Below are positions 27,940 through 43,879 of a stretch of 64,000 nucleotides of DNA, piece after piece; within the stretch, counting starts at the first letter, position 1, and every line of letters starts with the position of its first letter. Origin of the DNA: Dendrobates tinctorius (taxonomy: Eukaryota); assembly GCF_039654945.1 (NCBI RefSeq), contig NW_027361716.1, forward strand, positions 14,074,001-14,138,000, read 5' to 3'. A program made the translations under genes and the position numbers. The notes below the pieces were generated by a model, which made no database searches, was not told the origin of the DNA, and was given only the letters and a program-made list of their open reading frames with translations.

Positions 27940-28316
27940 TAAATCACCACTCTAGGGTTTTTATTTTTTTATTTCAGTGCTGTATTGGTGATACTAATCT
28001 AAATTCTCTCACCCTAGTAATACATAAACAGTCGCGGTCTTCAGCTGTTCCCAGTGCTGCTCTGGTCCCACACTGCTGTCTTGTGACCACAGCTGGATTC
28101 TGGATCTCATAGACTTACATTGGGTTGTGACTTATGAATCACAAACCTGACACTGGAGCGATCCGGCAGGTCACAACCTGCAGAAGATGACCGGAGCGGC
28201 ACCAGGAGCAGAAGACAACAGTGCCTGGTAAGTATAATGCTAAGGGCAGGGAATTTAGATTAGTGACACCACTCCAGGGCTCCAATTAAAAGCAAACAAA
28301 CCTTGGAGTGGTGCCT
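27940..28316. mobile_element. Degenerate Kolobok/T2-type MITE
   Basis: Inverted ends CACCACTCTAGGGTTT / AAACCTTGGAGTGGTG and internal inverted segments. Confidence 0.55.
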
Positions 28317-28356
28317 TAGATTGTAGAAATTGACACGTTCATCTCACTTTGATATA

Positions 28357-29516
28357 CAGGGGTTGGACAAAATAATGGAAACACCTAACGTTTTGGCATC
28401 ATAATCTTCGAACATGTTATAAACATGCAAACCGTGACATATGGTAATGTTTTGTAGTTGATTATTTGTGTTGTGTGATATGTGTATGTAAATTAACTGT
28501 TTGTTTTGCAGAATTGTAAGAACATTGATGAAAACCTGATACCAACGGCAGACCTCTCGGATTTTCAAAGAGCCCAAATTGTTGGTGCTCGTATGGCAGG
28601 CGCTAGTGTAACAGAAAGTGCCCGAATGCTTGGCGTGTCAAGAGGTACTGTCTCCAAAGTTTTGACTGCATTTTAAAGAGAGGAAAAACGTCCGCAGCAA
28701 AGCACAGATCCGGCCAAAAATCGAAGTTGACTGAGAGAGACCGTCGGACTCTAAAGCGAATTGTGAGAGAGGATCGCAAGACCATGGCTCCGAAAATCAC
28801 TGGTGAGCTCAATGAACACCTACAGAACCCAGTTTCCACGAAAAATGTTCGTCGGGAGCTGCACAAATCTGGATTCCACGGAAGAGCTGCAATTAGAAAA
28901 CCGCTGCTCTCAATGACAAATGTTTCCAAGCGTTTGGAGACAGCCGAAAGAAGCATTCCATCCAGACTGCCTTCTCCCAACCGTAAAACATGGCGGAGGT
29001 TCTGTGATGATCTGAGGTGCTATTTCGTGGAGATCCGCCGGGCCAATGATATCTCTTCATGGAAGAATTTACATCCGCGATTATTAGGCATTTTGGGCGA
29101 CCAAGTGCATCCTATGGTTCAAGCACTGTTCCCGGAGGGGAACGACACCTTTCAGGATGAAAATGCACCAATTCATACAGCTAGAATCGTTAAAGCATGG
29201 CACGAGGAACATTCTAATGAAGTTGAGCATCTCATCTGGCCCCCACAATCCCCAGACCTCAACATTATTGAGCATTTATGGTCGATTTTAGAGATTCAAG
29301 TTAGACGTCGATTTCCGCCGCCACCACCGCTCAAAGAACTGGAGGGTGTTTTAACTGAAGAATGGGCTAAAATTCCTTCGGAAACAATTCACACCTTGTA
29401 TGAATCCATACCTCGGAGAATTGAGGCTGTAATCGCCGCAAAAGGTGGACCTACACCATATTAAACTAACTTTTGTTGATGTTTCCAGGTGCTTCCATTA
29501 TTTTGTCCAACCCCTG
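28357..29516 (+). mobile_element. Tc1-superfamily element with DD36E-type spacing, internally deleted
   Basis: TA|CAGGGGTTGGACAAAATAATGGAA...TTCCATTATTTTGTCCAACCCCTG|TA. Transposase remnant has QDENAPIH...SPDLNIIE (36-residue spacing), but the first catalytic-D block is missing and the ORF is frameshifted. Confidence 0.85.
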
Positions 29517-29531
29517 TAGGTATGTATACCT

Positions 29532-30110
29532 TTGTGAAGCAACAAAAAGAGCGGTCTATAGGAGCGCTAAAGGAGAGGCAGAAACCAGAAAAAGGGTAAA
29601 AAACATTCCACCTGAGGAAGACGGCTGTGACTGTAGAAACGCGTTGTGGGTACAATAAAAGCTGAGTTTTTTACCCTTTTTCTGGTTTCTGCTTCTCCTT
29701 TAGCGCTCCTATAGACCGCTCTTTTTGTTGCTTCACATTGATTTTTCCTCTCTGAGGATTAGCGGCAGGAGCAGCTTGGAGGGAAATTGTTTGTGAGAGG
29801 ACCTGCATTTGCTGGGCGGTGCTGGGAGGCTCCGAGACCCTTGGTGTTCACTTACGGCTGGGATTGGTTTCAACTTCACATCCGGAAGCCGGTGAGAGAT
29901 GGACTGACCAGGAGAGTGGAGGTTGCTGACAGCCACGCACAGTGCCCCTCTGGGTTGCGAGGACACGCTCCCCAACTACCATTTACGTTCACACCGTGGT
30001 TGTGCAAGGGTGGCACAACCCTGTAAGGTGAGCACCCTGTGGATTCAGTTAGGGAATTTAATTTCAACACAGGTACACTCATTGCATTTTATTTTTCAGG
30101 TAAGTATAGC
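29532..30110 (+). mobile_element. Penelope-like element terminal fragment (inverted pseudo-LTR)
   Basis: About 70-bp arms (29533-29603 and 29666-29737) enclose a hammerhead core and AATAAA, the typical layout of PLE ends. Confidence 0.6.
29607..29650 (+). ncRNA. Minimal type I hammerhead ribozyme motif
   Basis: TCCAC-CTGAGGA-A-GACGG-ctgtga-CTGTA-GAAAC-GC-GTT|GTGGG. Helix I is TCCAC/GTGGG, core boxes are CUGAnGA and GAAA, and helix III is palindromic. One mismatch at the base of helix II. Confidence 0.55.
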
Positions 30111-30151
30111 TTATCAGCATATTTTTGGTTATCTGCTATATAATCGTCTAA

Positions 30152-30701
30152 TTCTGTCTGTAACGGACATCCTGCGTCACTGATTGGTCGTGCCCGGACG
30201 GCTGCGACCAGGCGCAGTCCAGCCGCGAATTGGTGCGGAATTCGAACGACGCACACCACCGCTACCATCGGGAGATCTGCGGCGCTAGCCTCTGATCTCC
30301 CGACGGTTGACGTGGGTCATCTCCTGCCGCACGGAGATGGTATCGAGGGTCCGGAGGAGAGGAGACTCTCCTTCATGCCCTGGGTATCATAAACCTGTAA
30401 AAAATAGAATTAAAATAAAAAATAGTGATATACTCACCTTCCGACGGCTTCCGGACTCTTTCCCTCCTCTCACCATGCGCCCGGCATCTTCCGGTCCCAG
30501 TAATGCTTTGCGCTAAAGACCGCTGATGACGTCGCGCTCTCGCGAGAATGATGTTATCTCCGGTCCTTCGTGCTAAGCATTACTGGGACCGGAAGATGCC
30601 GGGAGCGTGGAGAGGAGATCGGGGGCCGTCGGAAGGTTAGTATAACCCCCGCTGGCCATATTCTAGAATACCCGATGTGTTAGAATCGGGCCACCGTATA
30701 G
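30152..30701 (+). mobile_element. Probable non-autonomous Helitron
   Basis: 3' hairpin CCCGAT-gtgttaga-ATCGGG followed about 10 nt later by a CTAG-like end (ATAG|T); internal inverted segments. Confidence 0.5.
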
Positions 30702-33700
30702 TACAGTATAAAGTGTGATATAAGGCCTCTACTTTAGTTTATGCAGGAAAGGTAATAGAAGAAAAGTGACAAGGTTAACAAACTCCCTATCAGACCCTAT
30801 AAGGTTCTGTCTGCAAATTGTGCCTTTATTCTCTCATTGTAATTAGCAGACTTCTCTATTGGGGATCCTATTCCATTTATGTCTAGGAGACATCCCCATT
30901 ATCTTCTGGCCTCCATGTTCTGCTGGCAATACCTCTCCTGTGAGAAGTCCTAATTGCAAACTATATTACAAAGGAAGAAAAAGCCACCGAAGCAGCAGTA
31001 CTTAAGATCCATGTATCCAAGTGTTGGGCAGCACAGTGTAAAGTGGCTCCGTCGGGAAGCTACATCCAGACATCACTGTTAAATAGTGGCTGGAATAATT
31101 GGGGGGATATTTCTTATTATTATCACTAGTGTCCATTCATTTGAGATAATGTCACTCATGCCTACAAGATTTCAGACCTTAGTAATTGATTTCTTTTATA
31201 ATAATCAAATAGGTTTCTAGAATAAATCTTCCACATTTCCTGTTTGGTAATCTGTAAAAATATTCTCCATCCCCCTTCGTAAAATGCATTAGAGAACCAA
31301 AAAGGAACACGGAATTTCCTTGCATATTGTCAAGTCAGATTAGCGAGGCACATCTCAAGCAGACGAACATCTCAATAGGCAGGCTTTGGGGAATAGGCAG
31401 GCAGGGAGGGCTTGGCAGTCATCTGACCAACCAGTCGAAGTTGTCATGAAATCAATAGTTTTAAACTGGGAAGCTCTGTAGTCAGAGATTGGGGAAAGCA
31501 TTTACTCTAGCTGCTCGTACTCAATTATTTATACATTTACTGAAAGAAAAATTACAGTGAAGTTCAAGCTGAAGAGGGCAGAAGACAGTGGATGATGAGG
31601 TGTCGTTTCTTGGTTCTACGTGCTTTTCACTGGCCGTACTGATCAAGAATGAGAATGACTTCAGCTGACTACGAACGTAATGATTAATGAACCTTATAAA
31701 ACAAAACCCTCTGATTCCTTAGAATGTCTGTACGCTGCAGTCCTGCTTACCACACTATGGTTTCTATTCTAAATATATTACATTCATTCATTTTTGGAGA
31801 TGATTTTTTTTTGTTCTTATTTTTTGGGTTAATATTTCAGTAGCCAGTAGTACACACAGATTGGGTTGACATTTACTGCTTTCTTTAACCCACTTGTTAA
31901 CTTTGCTGTATAGACTTGGTAAGAGTCAGCAGTCATCTCATTATCATTGGGGGGAATTGATAGTTTTAAGGTATATGCAGTTAGCATCTTTTTCTAGTGG
32001 GCAAACCTGTGGGTTTTTCAAGAGTAAAACGCTTGAGAAAATCCAGTCTTTTGTTTCCCGAAATTTTTTTTTTTAGCATCTTTTCTAGTTGGTCGTTTCT
32101 GGAGTACTTCTTCGACCACTGGGGGTTTTTCACAATTTTCCAGCATTTTTGTTTCATCTTTTTTACTTGTAATTTTCCAGTCATTTTTTTTAACTCCATT
32201 CAACAATTTTAGAAACCACTTGCATTTTTTGAAGCAAAAACTCTGACAAAACCCTCTTCCCGCTGACTTTTGTATAGTGCGTCTTCAGAGAGGAAAATGC
32301 CTGACCAATGGTCCTTTATTTTTTTTTTAACCGCTTTGTGTCTTTGGAAAACTGAAGTGGTTAAAAAACACTCAAAAGACTGACCGTATGAAGAGCAAAA
32401 TTTTTTTACATAGAAATATATGTTCTTGCCTTTTTTAGCGTTTTTTTTCAGGCAAGTTTTGGATTGGAAACCACCTGAAAAATTTGTTGTGTGCCCATAA
32501 CCTTAATTTACTAGCTACAATATACGAACGGACAAACTCTGCAGCTTCCCTGCCTCCGTGGTCTCCGAGGGGGTTTGGGCACCATTTCTTTCTGGAGAAT
32601 GTATTAGTCTAGGAACATCTTTCTGACTATAACTCGGAGTTACATAAGATCATTAAATCATTTCGCCAGTTTACATCCATACTGATCAGAGATTTGTTAG
32701 AAATGAACCCGAAATATGTGTGTGCCTTGCTTCACCATGTATGTATTTATCGGAAGGTATAGAAAAATTTTATTTTTAATATCTTTTATTCCTGTTAGAT
32801 ATTTCACATCCACGTTTCAAGTGCGGACCACAATGTATGGACTGGCCACCAGTCTCCTGACCTGATCGCTATAGTCTCAAAGTCATATATGAGGCTGTTG
32901 AGTAACTTTGTCGGATAGCACTCGACCCAAAGTTATACTATGGGGCAGAGTAGACTTTTTTGTTTCTCATGCCAATTTTGCTCGAGAAAAGAATTGCAGC
33001 CTGCTGCAAGTGGCTCCGCAATTCATAGCGCCCTCACCCTTTCAAGTCCAAGTGCAGTCTGAGGTATGCACACAGAGACAATGGAGAAGATAGATAGATG
33101 AAGTTCTCCATCTTCTCCGCACCAAGGAGTAGTGTAAGGGGTTGAGAGCTGGATATACAAGGCTTTTCCTAAAGATGATCTGTCACCAAGACAAAGTGGC
33201 CATTTTTTTCTCTTCTCTTATTCCCGCTGCTCCTCTGAGTATTCCATTCTTTGCTTTTTTAATCTATATGGATCCTACCATACGGTCCGAGACGTAATGT
33301 ATGGCCCTTTTATAATTTGTGCTAATTTTTACTGTCTGTGGGTCAGGAGATTCTCTCTAGGCATGTTTTCAGGCTGCTCAGCTTGAGTACCTTTGAAGCA
33401 GCGCCCAATGGTAAAGATCACAAAAATGATCTCAAAAGGAAGAGGTCCATATCTTTTGAACTGTATGGCAGATTTATAAAAAAAAAGAATACTAAGTGGA
33501 GCAATGGGAATAGAATAAGCAAAAAAGCGTCTTTAGTAGCCCGAGAAGCAAGAGAAAACAACTGACTGGAGTGACACGCGTCACTGCTAGGAGCCAGCAG
33601 CTCTGTTATACTGACAGACATGGGATCATATGATCTAGGTCCTACAAAAGCATTGGCAGTGCCGTTGTTCTGTACTTTACAGTAGTGCTCAGTGAGCGCC

Positions 33701-33863
33701 TGTAACGTAGGTGGCTGAATCTGGCTCTAATGGCTACAATGTAGCCATGTAAATGCCACTGCCAGTCTCTGCCATAAGCATTTAAATGATACCATTGTCT
33801 GTGCCCTCCCACACCAGCTTCCATTATCCTGCAGGGACGTGATTGCGGGGAGTGGATGAGTTA

Positions 33864-34203
33864 GGGTATGTTCCCACGGTCCGTAATCGGCATCGCTTTG
33901 GACTCAGCACATGTCCGCCACGTCAAAAGCGCTGCCGATTTTTGAACACAGGTGATTCAGCATGTGTTCATTGAACCGTGTGGAATCTCCGCGTCCAATA
34001 CATTTTAACGGTGACATTTATCTTGCGGAGACGAAAATAAATAAATTGACATGATGCAGTCTGGAAAGATGCTCCTTGTGTCCGTCTCCACAGGCAAGCC
34101 GTGGGCGTCTCTGGACGCTGTAGCATCAGGACGCTGCGGGTCAGACGCTGCGGATGTATGCAGCATCCAACCTACATCGTTTACTAACCCTGGGAACATA
34201 CCC
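33864..34203. mobile_element. Harbinger-type MITE
   Basis: TTA|GGGTATGTTCCCA...TGGGAACATACCC|TTA. Confidence 0.85.
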
Positions 34204-34289
34204 TTACCAATGCAGCAGGGGGCTTACTGAAGGATCCTGTACCTGTCGTCGTCCCCCCATAAAGCTCAGTCATAGGTTGACAGTCATAG

Positions 34290-36768
<2,479 letters not shown>

Positions 36769-37574
36769 AAATATACTTCCAATTGTTAGACTGATTTTTA
36801 TTTCTTGTACTGTAAGATCCATTTTCCTCTGATCTGTAATAAGCTTGCTCTGTCTTCTCTAATGTTCTCACCATTTACTCCTTCTAGTGTAAAATGAATT
36901 AATATTGTTTCTGCTGTGACAGACGTGGCCGCGCTCCAGAATGTTTGTATTTGTTATTTCAGTTGTCTACAGAGATTTCTTTCCCCAAACAAAATACAAT
37001 ATGTCTACCAGAGACTCCTTTATATTATGTGTTTTGGAAGCAGCAGAAATTTGACTGGTTGCCAAGTTCTAGATCTGGCATTCTCAGCATATTCCTGATG
37101 AATGGCAACGGGGCCAACGGGATAAAGATGGGGACTGGGAGATTCACTGGTATTTTCTTCCCGTAAGTCCAATGTAGATGTAAACTTGTAGAACTCTATA
37201 TTTCATTACACGTATTGCCCACAATACAATACATTGTTCCTACGATCAGCCATATTTGCAATCTATTGAAATTCCCTTTTACAAACAAGGCTGTTATCCG
37301 TCTCCCTCCCTAGTACCACCTTTGGGTAGTAAACTTAAAGAGAAAACATCTTGTTATTTTTCATAAATGAATAACACACATGAAAATAAGAAAGTGTATG
37401 AAATCTTATGACAGAAATCTGCTTTTTTTCTCCTCCAGGACTGATCATTCTCAAAATTCTCCATTCTCCAGTAAAATCTGTATTCAGTGAAGACAGATTT
37501 TACCCATGGATTGAGATTGAAAAATCAGACCTGGAGGCGACAGAAGCAGATTTCTCAGTTTCTTATTTTCATGT

Positions 37575-37990
37575 TGTTATTATTATTAGTAGTAGTAGTA
37601 GTAACGGCCTTCAGCTCGATATGAGCCATGGCAACTTGATAGATGAACGCTCTGTAGGAAGATCGATCTTGTACAAGACAAGATAGGTCCACTAGGATCT
37701 TCTTCGCTATTATTTTGATTGTATCAAGCCATCAGGTTTCCGGTCTTCCTATTCGCCTTTCTCCTTCTATTCTTCCCACCCCAATGTTCTTATCCAGTGA
37801 TTGCTCTCTTTGTATAATGTGTCCAAAGTAGACAAGTCATAACTTAGTGATCCTTGCTTTGAGTGTCATGTCTGACTTGATTTATTCCAAAATTGATTAG
37901 TTTGTTCTTCTACCATCCAAGGTATTGGTAATTTTTTTCTCCAGCACCACATTTCGAAGGCGTTGCTACTTCTTCTGTATTGTTTATTGT
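37575..37990 (-). mobile_element. RTE-clade LINE 3' fragment
   Basis: Minus strand encodes AFEMWCWRKKLPIPW, the RTE C-terminal motif; a short trinucleotide tail lies at 37575-37602. Confidence 0.65.
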
Positions 37991-39198
37991 CCTGGTTTCG
38001 CATCCCTATATTTTCATGTCCACTGTTGATATGTGAAATAAAAATGAAACAGACGGTTGCTCTACAAAGAAGTTTTAAAAGACACATATAATGTTGTAAA
38101 TCGGCGTAATCATTGGTGAAAAAAACAATGTTTTATTCTTTATCTAAATTGTATTGCAACGACTTTGTGGTCAGTATCCGTGTGTCAGTAATCCTTCTGA
38201 TCATTCATGGCGCCTGCACCCAGCATCTTCCTTCTGCTTTAATGTGAAGTCTTGCCCCATTAGGAGTTGCGCCAGTGCAGTGCTTTTAGCAACTGTGGAA
38301 ATCCAGCTGCTTAATCCTTCTCTCTAATGACATCCATCAATAGGGAAGAGTTTTGAGGTCCTCATATACATCAGATAGTAAGCTGGGTTAAGCCATCATT
38401 TATGTAGTGTATATTGCCAACTTTAGGTACTGTTCACATTTGCATTGATGCCACTATTGCAGATTAAATAGGTAGAAGAACACTGCACATGACCCTGTAT
38501 TTGCCATTAAAACAACAGGATGAACATGATGACATTCCACCGGACACAAGAGCATAGATTGAGCCCAACAATTACTGGTAGTACCTATGTTACAGTGGAC
38601 GGGACAGTGCTTTGTGGCTTCCAATATAAGTGGAAGTCATGCGCCATTTGTGAACAGAGCCTTAGCCTAAATATAGATTTGGTGATACGTGACAAAAATG
38701 TTGTAAAATGTCTTCTCCTGTCCTGTTTCTGATATTCTGCTGCAGCTATTAGACGTCAGAGGGGATTCTGTTACAAAATAGATTGTAACGGTTCCTTTAT
38801 ATTTTTTATGATTCTCATTGTAGACAACCTAACTGTAAAGTGGAAAGTTTTGGCACCTTTGCCCTAACCTTATGACCGAGAGGTAGTATTAAATAGTGCA
38901 GGTATGTTCCTACTGTGGGGGCATTGTGGCGGTCTCAGGTAGGCCTCAGAGTGTTTCACTGTCTGAGAAGAGGGGTCTTTGCCTGGGTCTCTGTGGAGGT
39001 GGAGTAGGCGCCGTGGTTGTGTCTATAATTCCCACCTTACCTGCCGCACATCACTATGTTGGAAAAAAGAAAAAAGGGGAGAAGAAAAGAGTCCAAAACT
39101 ACTATAAAGTAACAACTTTTATTGTATAGGACAAAAGGAACAAGACACAAAGGCATTAAAAGATCAAATAGAAAAATATCATAGTCACCGGATACAAA

Positions 39199-39640
39199 AA
39201 AGACCTTGAGCAAGGTGATTCATGGTGAATATGGGTAAAAGTGATGAAATCCCTCATAAAAAGCGGGCAAATTATCAAAAATAGCTGGACCCTCCAATCC
39301 CCTTTCAATAACCATACCCTGGACATATAATCATAGAACATAACAGAGTGGGGTGGAAGGAACCGATAAACAATTGCACAGAGGCCTCTCCTGGTCAGTG
39401 TGCTTCTGGTGTTTACAGTGATGGGTATGTTGTAACTTTAACCCTTTTCTTTTCTAAATGGGCTATGTGCAATTGTTTATCGGTTCCTTCCACCCCATGT
39501 TCTATGATTATATGTCCAGGGTATGGTTATTGAAAGGGGATTGGGAGGGTCCAGCTATTTTTGATAATTTGCCCGCTTTTTATGAGGGATTTCATCACTT
39601 TTACCCATATTCACCATGAATCACCTTGCTCAGGGTCTTT
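39199..39640. repeat. Long inverted repeat (about 180-bp arms, 85-nt loop), probable Penelope-like end
   Basis: 39199-39380 is the near-perfect reverse complement of 39466-39640. Confidence 0.85.
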
Positions 39641-39661
39641 ATAACTCTCTAACAGACTTAA

Positions 39662-40769
39662 CGCTTTCACGACGCTCGTCTTACATATACGGCGCATGTA
39701 GGAAGTGGGTGTCAGGAGCGGAATCCCGCAGCGAGACTGCCCTATACCTCGCAGGTAATGGCTGTGTATTACAGGACCTGCCGTTAACAATCTGCCCGCG
39801 ATTGTTGACCTGTTCAATGCCGCTGTCCATCACTCAATAATAGTGTCATTATGCATGCATGTCATTTTCTCCGCCCATCGGCGCACCCATGACGTGATCG
39901 TGGGTCGCCAGTGGGTTGTCATGACAGCTGGGAGTCATCTGATGACCCCCGTTCCTGTAAAAACGGAGCTCCATTGAAACCCTGCCTGTGGCCAGGCTTG
40001 AAAGGAGACTGTCTTTTGTTATACACAGTGATGCTTTGGCATCGCTACATATAGCACAAGCAAAGTCAGTGGAAAGGTAAAAGAAAATGAGAAAAATAGA
40101 AAAAAAATTTCTCCATTGAAAAGAAAGGTATTTAAAAAAAAAAGTCTGATCTATCAAAATATAAAAACAACTTAACTCCAACGGTAAACACCGTAAGTGA
40201 CAAAAAAAAATCAAGAATGCCAAAATTAAGTTTTTTTGGTTGCCGCAATTCCACAAAAAAGGCTGTAACAAGCGATCAAAAATTCATATCTATCCCAAAA
40301 TGGTGCTTATAAAAATCATGTCTCGCCCCACAAAAAATAAGCCATTATACAGCTCCATCGGCCAAAAAATAAAATTGATACAGGTCTCGTAAAATGGTGA
40401 CACAACCCAAAAAAATTTTTTTTCCCAAACTTCTGATTTTTTTTTTCCTCACTAAAATAATAACAAAAATCTGGACATGTTGGGTATCGCTATAATTGTA
40501 CTAATGAGTAGAATTATATTTCAAGGTAATTTTTACCACAAAATGTACGCCGTAAAAATAATTCCCAAAAAACTATGTCAGAATTGCGGGGATTTTTTTT
40601 TAATAATTTCACCTCACTTGGAATTTTTTGTGCCCATTTTCCAATACAATATGCGGTAAAATGAATGAATGGTTTCTAGTACAACTGGTCCCGCAAAAAA
40701 AACAAGCAGACAGAAAAATAGAAGAGTAATGAAACTGACAAAACAGAAAATTGGCCGCAGGTGAAGGGG
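39662..40769. mobile_element. Non-autonomous piggyBac-like element
   Basis: TTAA|CGCTTTC...GAAGGGG termini; body is reverse-similar to 4814-6041. Confidence 0.65.
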
Positions 40770-42379
40770 TTGTAGCAAGCAGGCTTGCCATTCAGGAGTC
40801 TGGGAAAGCCAGCTGACGACGTCTTTAGAGTTTTCATAAACTCCAATATTCTCTCATTTTACCAGTAAGACTAATACAGTCTATCTAGTGTGTTGATTCC
40901 CAGCTAGGGTCTTTTTCATGCTTATTCTGGTAACTTATTTTTCAGTTGTTCAAATTAAGTTAAACTATTAGAATAAAAATAAATAGACTTATTTACCTCT
41001 CTAATTTCTAAACTTCTGTGGTTACCGTATTTAACAAATTAATAGCAATTCCAAATTGGGGAAAAAAGTTTTCAAAAGGGTTAACTTGTGTCCATCGTGA
41101 CTGGAAAGAAATGAATGGCAAGCGGTTGTGATTCAGGGCGGTGCTCGCAGTTTGCATAAATTACTGCCATTATTATGGGTACAAATACTGTAGTCCCATG
41201 GTAACCTTGGGGAGAATGCGCTTCCCTTCTAGACTTCTAGCTGCAGGATCAAATTTAGATCAGATTTTCCTAAATCTGGTGGAAAAACAAGCAAACAAAA
41301 AGCAGCACACCAAAACTGCAAACGTTTAGATACTCTTCCCACAATGAGAGGAAACTCCGACACTCCACCATGGGCAGCTCTGACTGTCACTGGTCCAGTG
41401 TCAGCTCCAGGGTCGCCAGATGATTTCTTTTCTCCGTGACCTGAATGTACACATTTGTAGCTTCTGCTCTCTGTTTTCTGGTCTTCGTCCCTCCTATGTA
41501 CAATTTACATCTACATCACTGATCAGATTCTCCAAACCAAACGGCAATGATTTCCTTTGGCCATTTCGTAGTCATCAGCCGTGGAAAATTACCCCTGGGT
41601 TGTTTAAGAAATTATTTTCGGCAGCACAAAAAAAAGCCATCCAGCGTCCTTGTCAGAAGGGATCAGCATAAATTTTCGCTGACAGAATGCCAGCCTGGCA
41701 GTCTACCTATGGCATTCGAAACTCCCGTATTTCAGGATGGAACACTAAACACACACTCTCTCGCGCGCAAAAAGAGAATATCGAAAAAATTCAGACCGGG
41801 AGAGATGGAAAATGGTTACAGTCGTCTCTCCAACCGTTTACCTTCTAAAAATAACTGTTTCTCACACCCGAAAAAGCTGAAGAGCAAGGTGTAAAATGAA
41901 ATGGCCTTCATTAGAACTTCACTGGTTCTCAGTAACCCAGAAAACCATGTTGTGTTGGCTGCTTACTGGTGCAGTTAATAAAATAAGGATCACTCCACAG
42001 AGCCGTGGGCAGCTTGGAAGGCGATAGCCGTATTTGCTTACTGTAAATACAAGCCGAAAATCGCACACAAATCTGCCGTAGCTTTGACAAGTCTTAAGAT
42101 CCCTCTTTACATCTGTACATCTGTACCAAAGTGCAATTAGTGTGCCTTGCACAAGGATTCCTCCATCTTCTTCTGCTTCATTACTTGAGCATAATCACCC
42201 AGCTTGCTTGAGTGGTCTCAGTAGCAAGCTTCACTTTAAATAGGGAAAGCAAGTGAATGTGTTCAAATATACCAAGATTGCCTTTTAAGACTCTAATTTA
42301 TTCATTCGTAGACAGGAGCGCTTTTTTTTTTTTACTCTAATTTTGTCCCTGATTCTTTTTTTTCCCTCTCTCTCCCAAG

Positions 42380-42486
42380 GTTTATGTCTTGTTCACAAGA
42401 TTCCTCGACTCAATAGTTTGATTTCTGATGTGTCAGACACCAAGGATCTGGCGTTTAAATTAAAAAGAAAGATGTTCAGTATTGAG
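42380..42486 (+). CDS. ELP4: Elongator complex protein 4, penultimate coding exon (human exon 9 equivalent), 107 bp
   Basis: Long polypyrimidine tract, aag| acceptor and GAG|gtaaga donor. Encodes (G)[35 protein letters not shown], versus ELP4 [36 protein letters not shown] as I recall it. Splices in frame to 26693-26801. Confidence 0.95.
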
Positions 42487-43879
42487 GTAAGAATCCCAAT
42501 TTTATTTTTTTATTAATTTAATTTATTCATTTTCAAATTTCCCAAAAATGACATTGAAGAAAAGCCGGGTGTACTGTTATGTAAGATACAATGAATATAT
42601 TGGTTGGTCCGCTCCAGCGCACAGACTCCTAATTATTCGCAATGGCTTAACTGTTTGTCATATCCAGGCTCGGCAAATATAATACCTCAAATTAGAGAAA
42701 ACACAATAAAGTCTTAAAACATGCAGGGAAACTAGGCCAGAGACGTAATTCAATAAAACTAAATGTCTAATGATTAATTATTTGCTCTAATTTGGTGAGA
42801 TGGGACAAACCGGGGAGCCGTATATATTTACATTGTTGGCAATTATCTCTTGATGTGTGCAGACAGGAAAGGGGAAAAAAAAATATCCCAGCCACTTAAT
42901 GTTTTTATTTTATGTCTTAATTTTATTTTTTTTGTTTGAAAAAGTAATTTTCTCCACTTATCACACATAAAAATCCTCCAAAACATCCAAAGTATTTCTA
43001 AGGTACGATCTCTTCCTTTTGAAGTCTTTAGGTAGCTTATTCCTCAAATAAATCCATGACATGACCCCCACCCCATCCCACAATCCCGTGTGTCTCTAAT
43101 CTCCTTTGAAATGAAAAGGTTTTCAGTAAGCCACTTGTCCTTAACTGCCATAAACCATAAAAAAGAGAATTGTCACCAATAAATTAGCATATTCTAGACC
43201 ACCACCAAATGATTGGCAATGAAGGCTGGCATGGCTTTGGTCTCTGGGACTTCACCCTTAGCTGACTATTTTGGCCCTTTCTTGACCCTACTCCATCTTT
43301 GGTTGGCCACTTCCAAGGGACAACTTAAGAGCCCTCTTTCACTTTCTTATTCTTTACTTTTGTAAGCAGGTTTGTGCTATAAATCAGGCAGGAAAGTGCT
43401 AGCTATTGACAAATTAAGGTGCCCTCCTCCTAAGTAATGCTTACTAGTGTGTTTAATTATCTGATCTTCTGGGGAGTAGTTAATCGTTAATCAGGCAGAC
43501 TGTCCTTCAAGAAGGTCATCTCTGTATGGGTGTACCAAGACACTTCCTTAGTAGCTACTTAAAACCAATTGAAACAAAGGCTGACGTATTCTTTGTGACT
43601 ACTGTGTCCTCAGAAGCAAAGAGGAAAGATGTTGATTCTTCTGTTAATATTTTGATTTTCTACTTGGATTTGTAAATGTTTTGGTAACATTTACATAGCT
43701 GGATTCAGTAAAGGATGAAATGGAGACCTTGGGTTTTGTAGTGTATCTACATAAGGAGAGCAAGGTAATGCCCAAAAAGAGGTCTGATTGAGATTAATAC
43801 GTACCTAGTGAAATGCAATTATCTAGGGTAGAAAAATCATTGCACAAAAGGTGGCTGTAAAGTATAGATGTTCCATAGC

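Noticed and set aside
41547-41894. 115-aa ORF as an extra coding exon
   Set aside because: No similarity to ELP4 or any protein I recognise, and exons 8 and 9 already join in frame without it.
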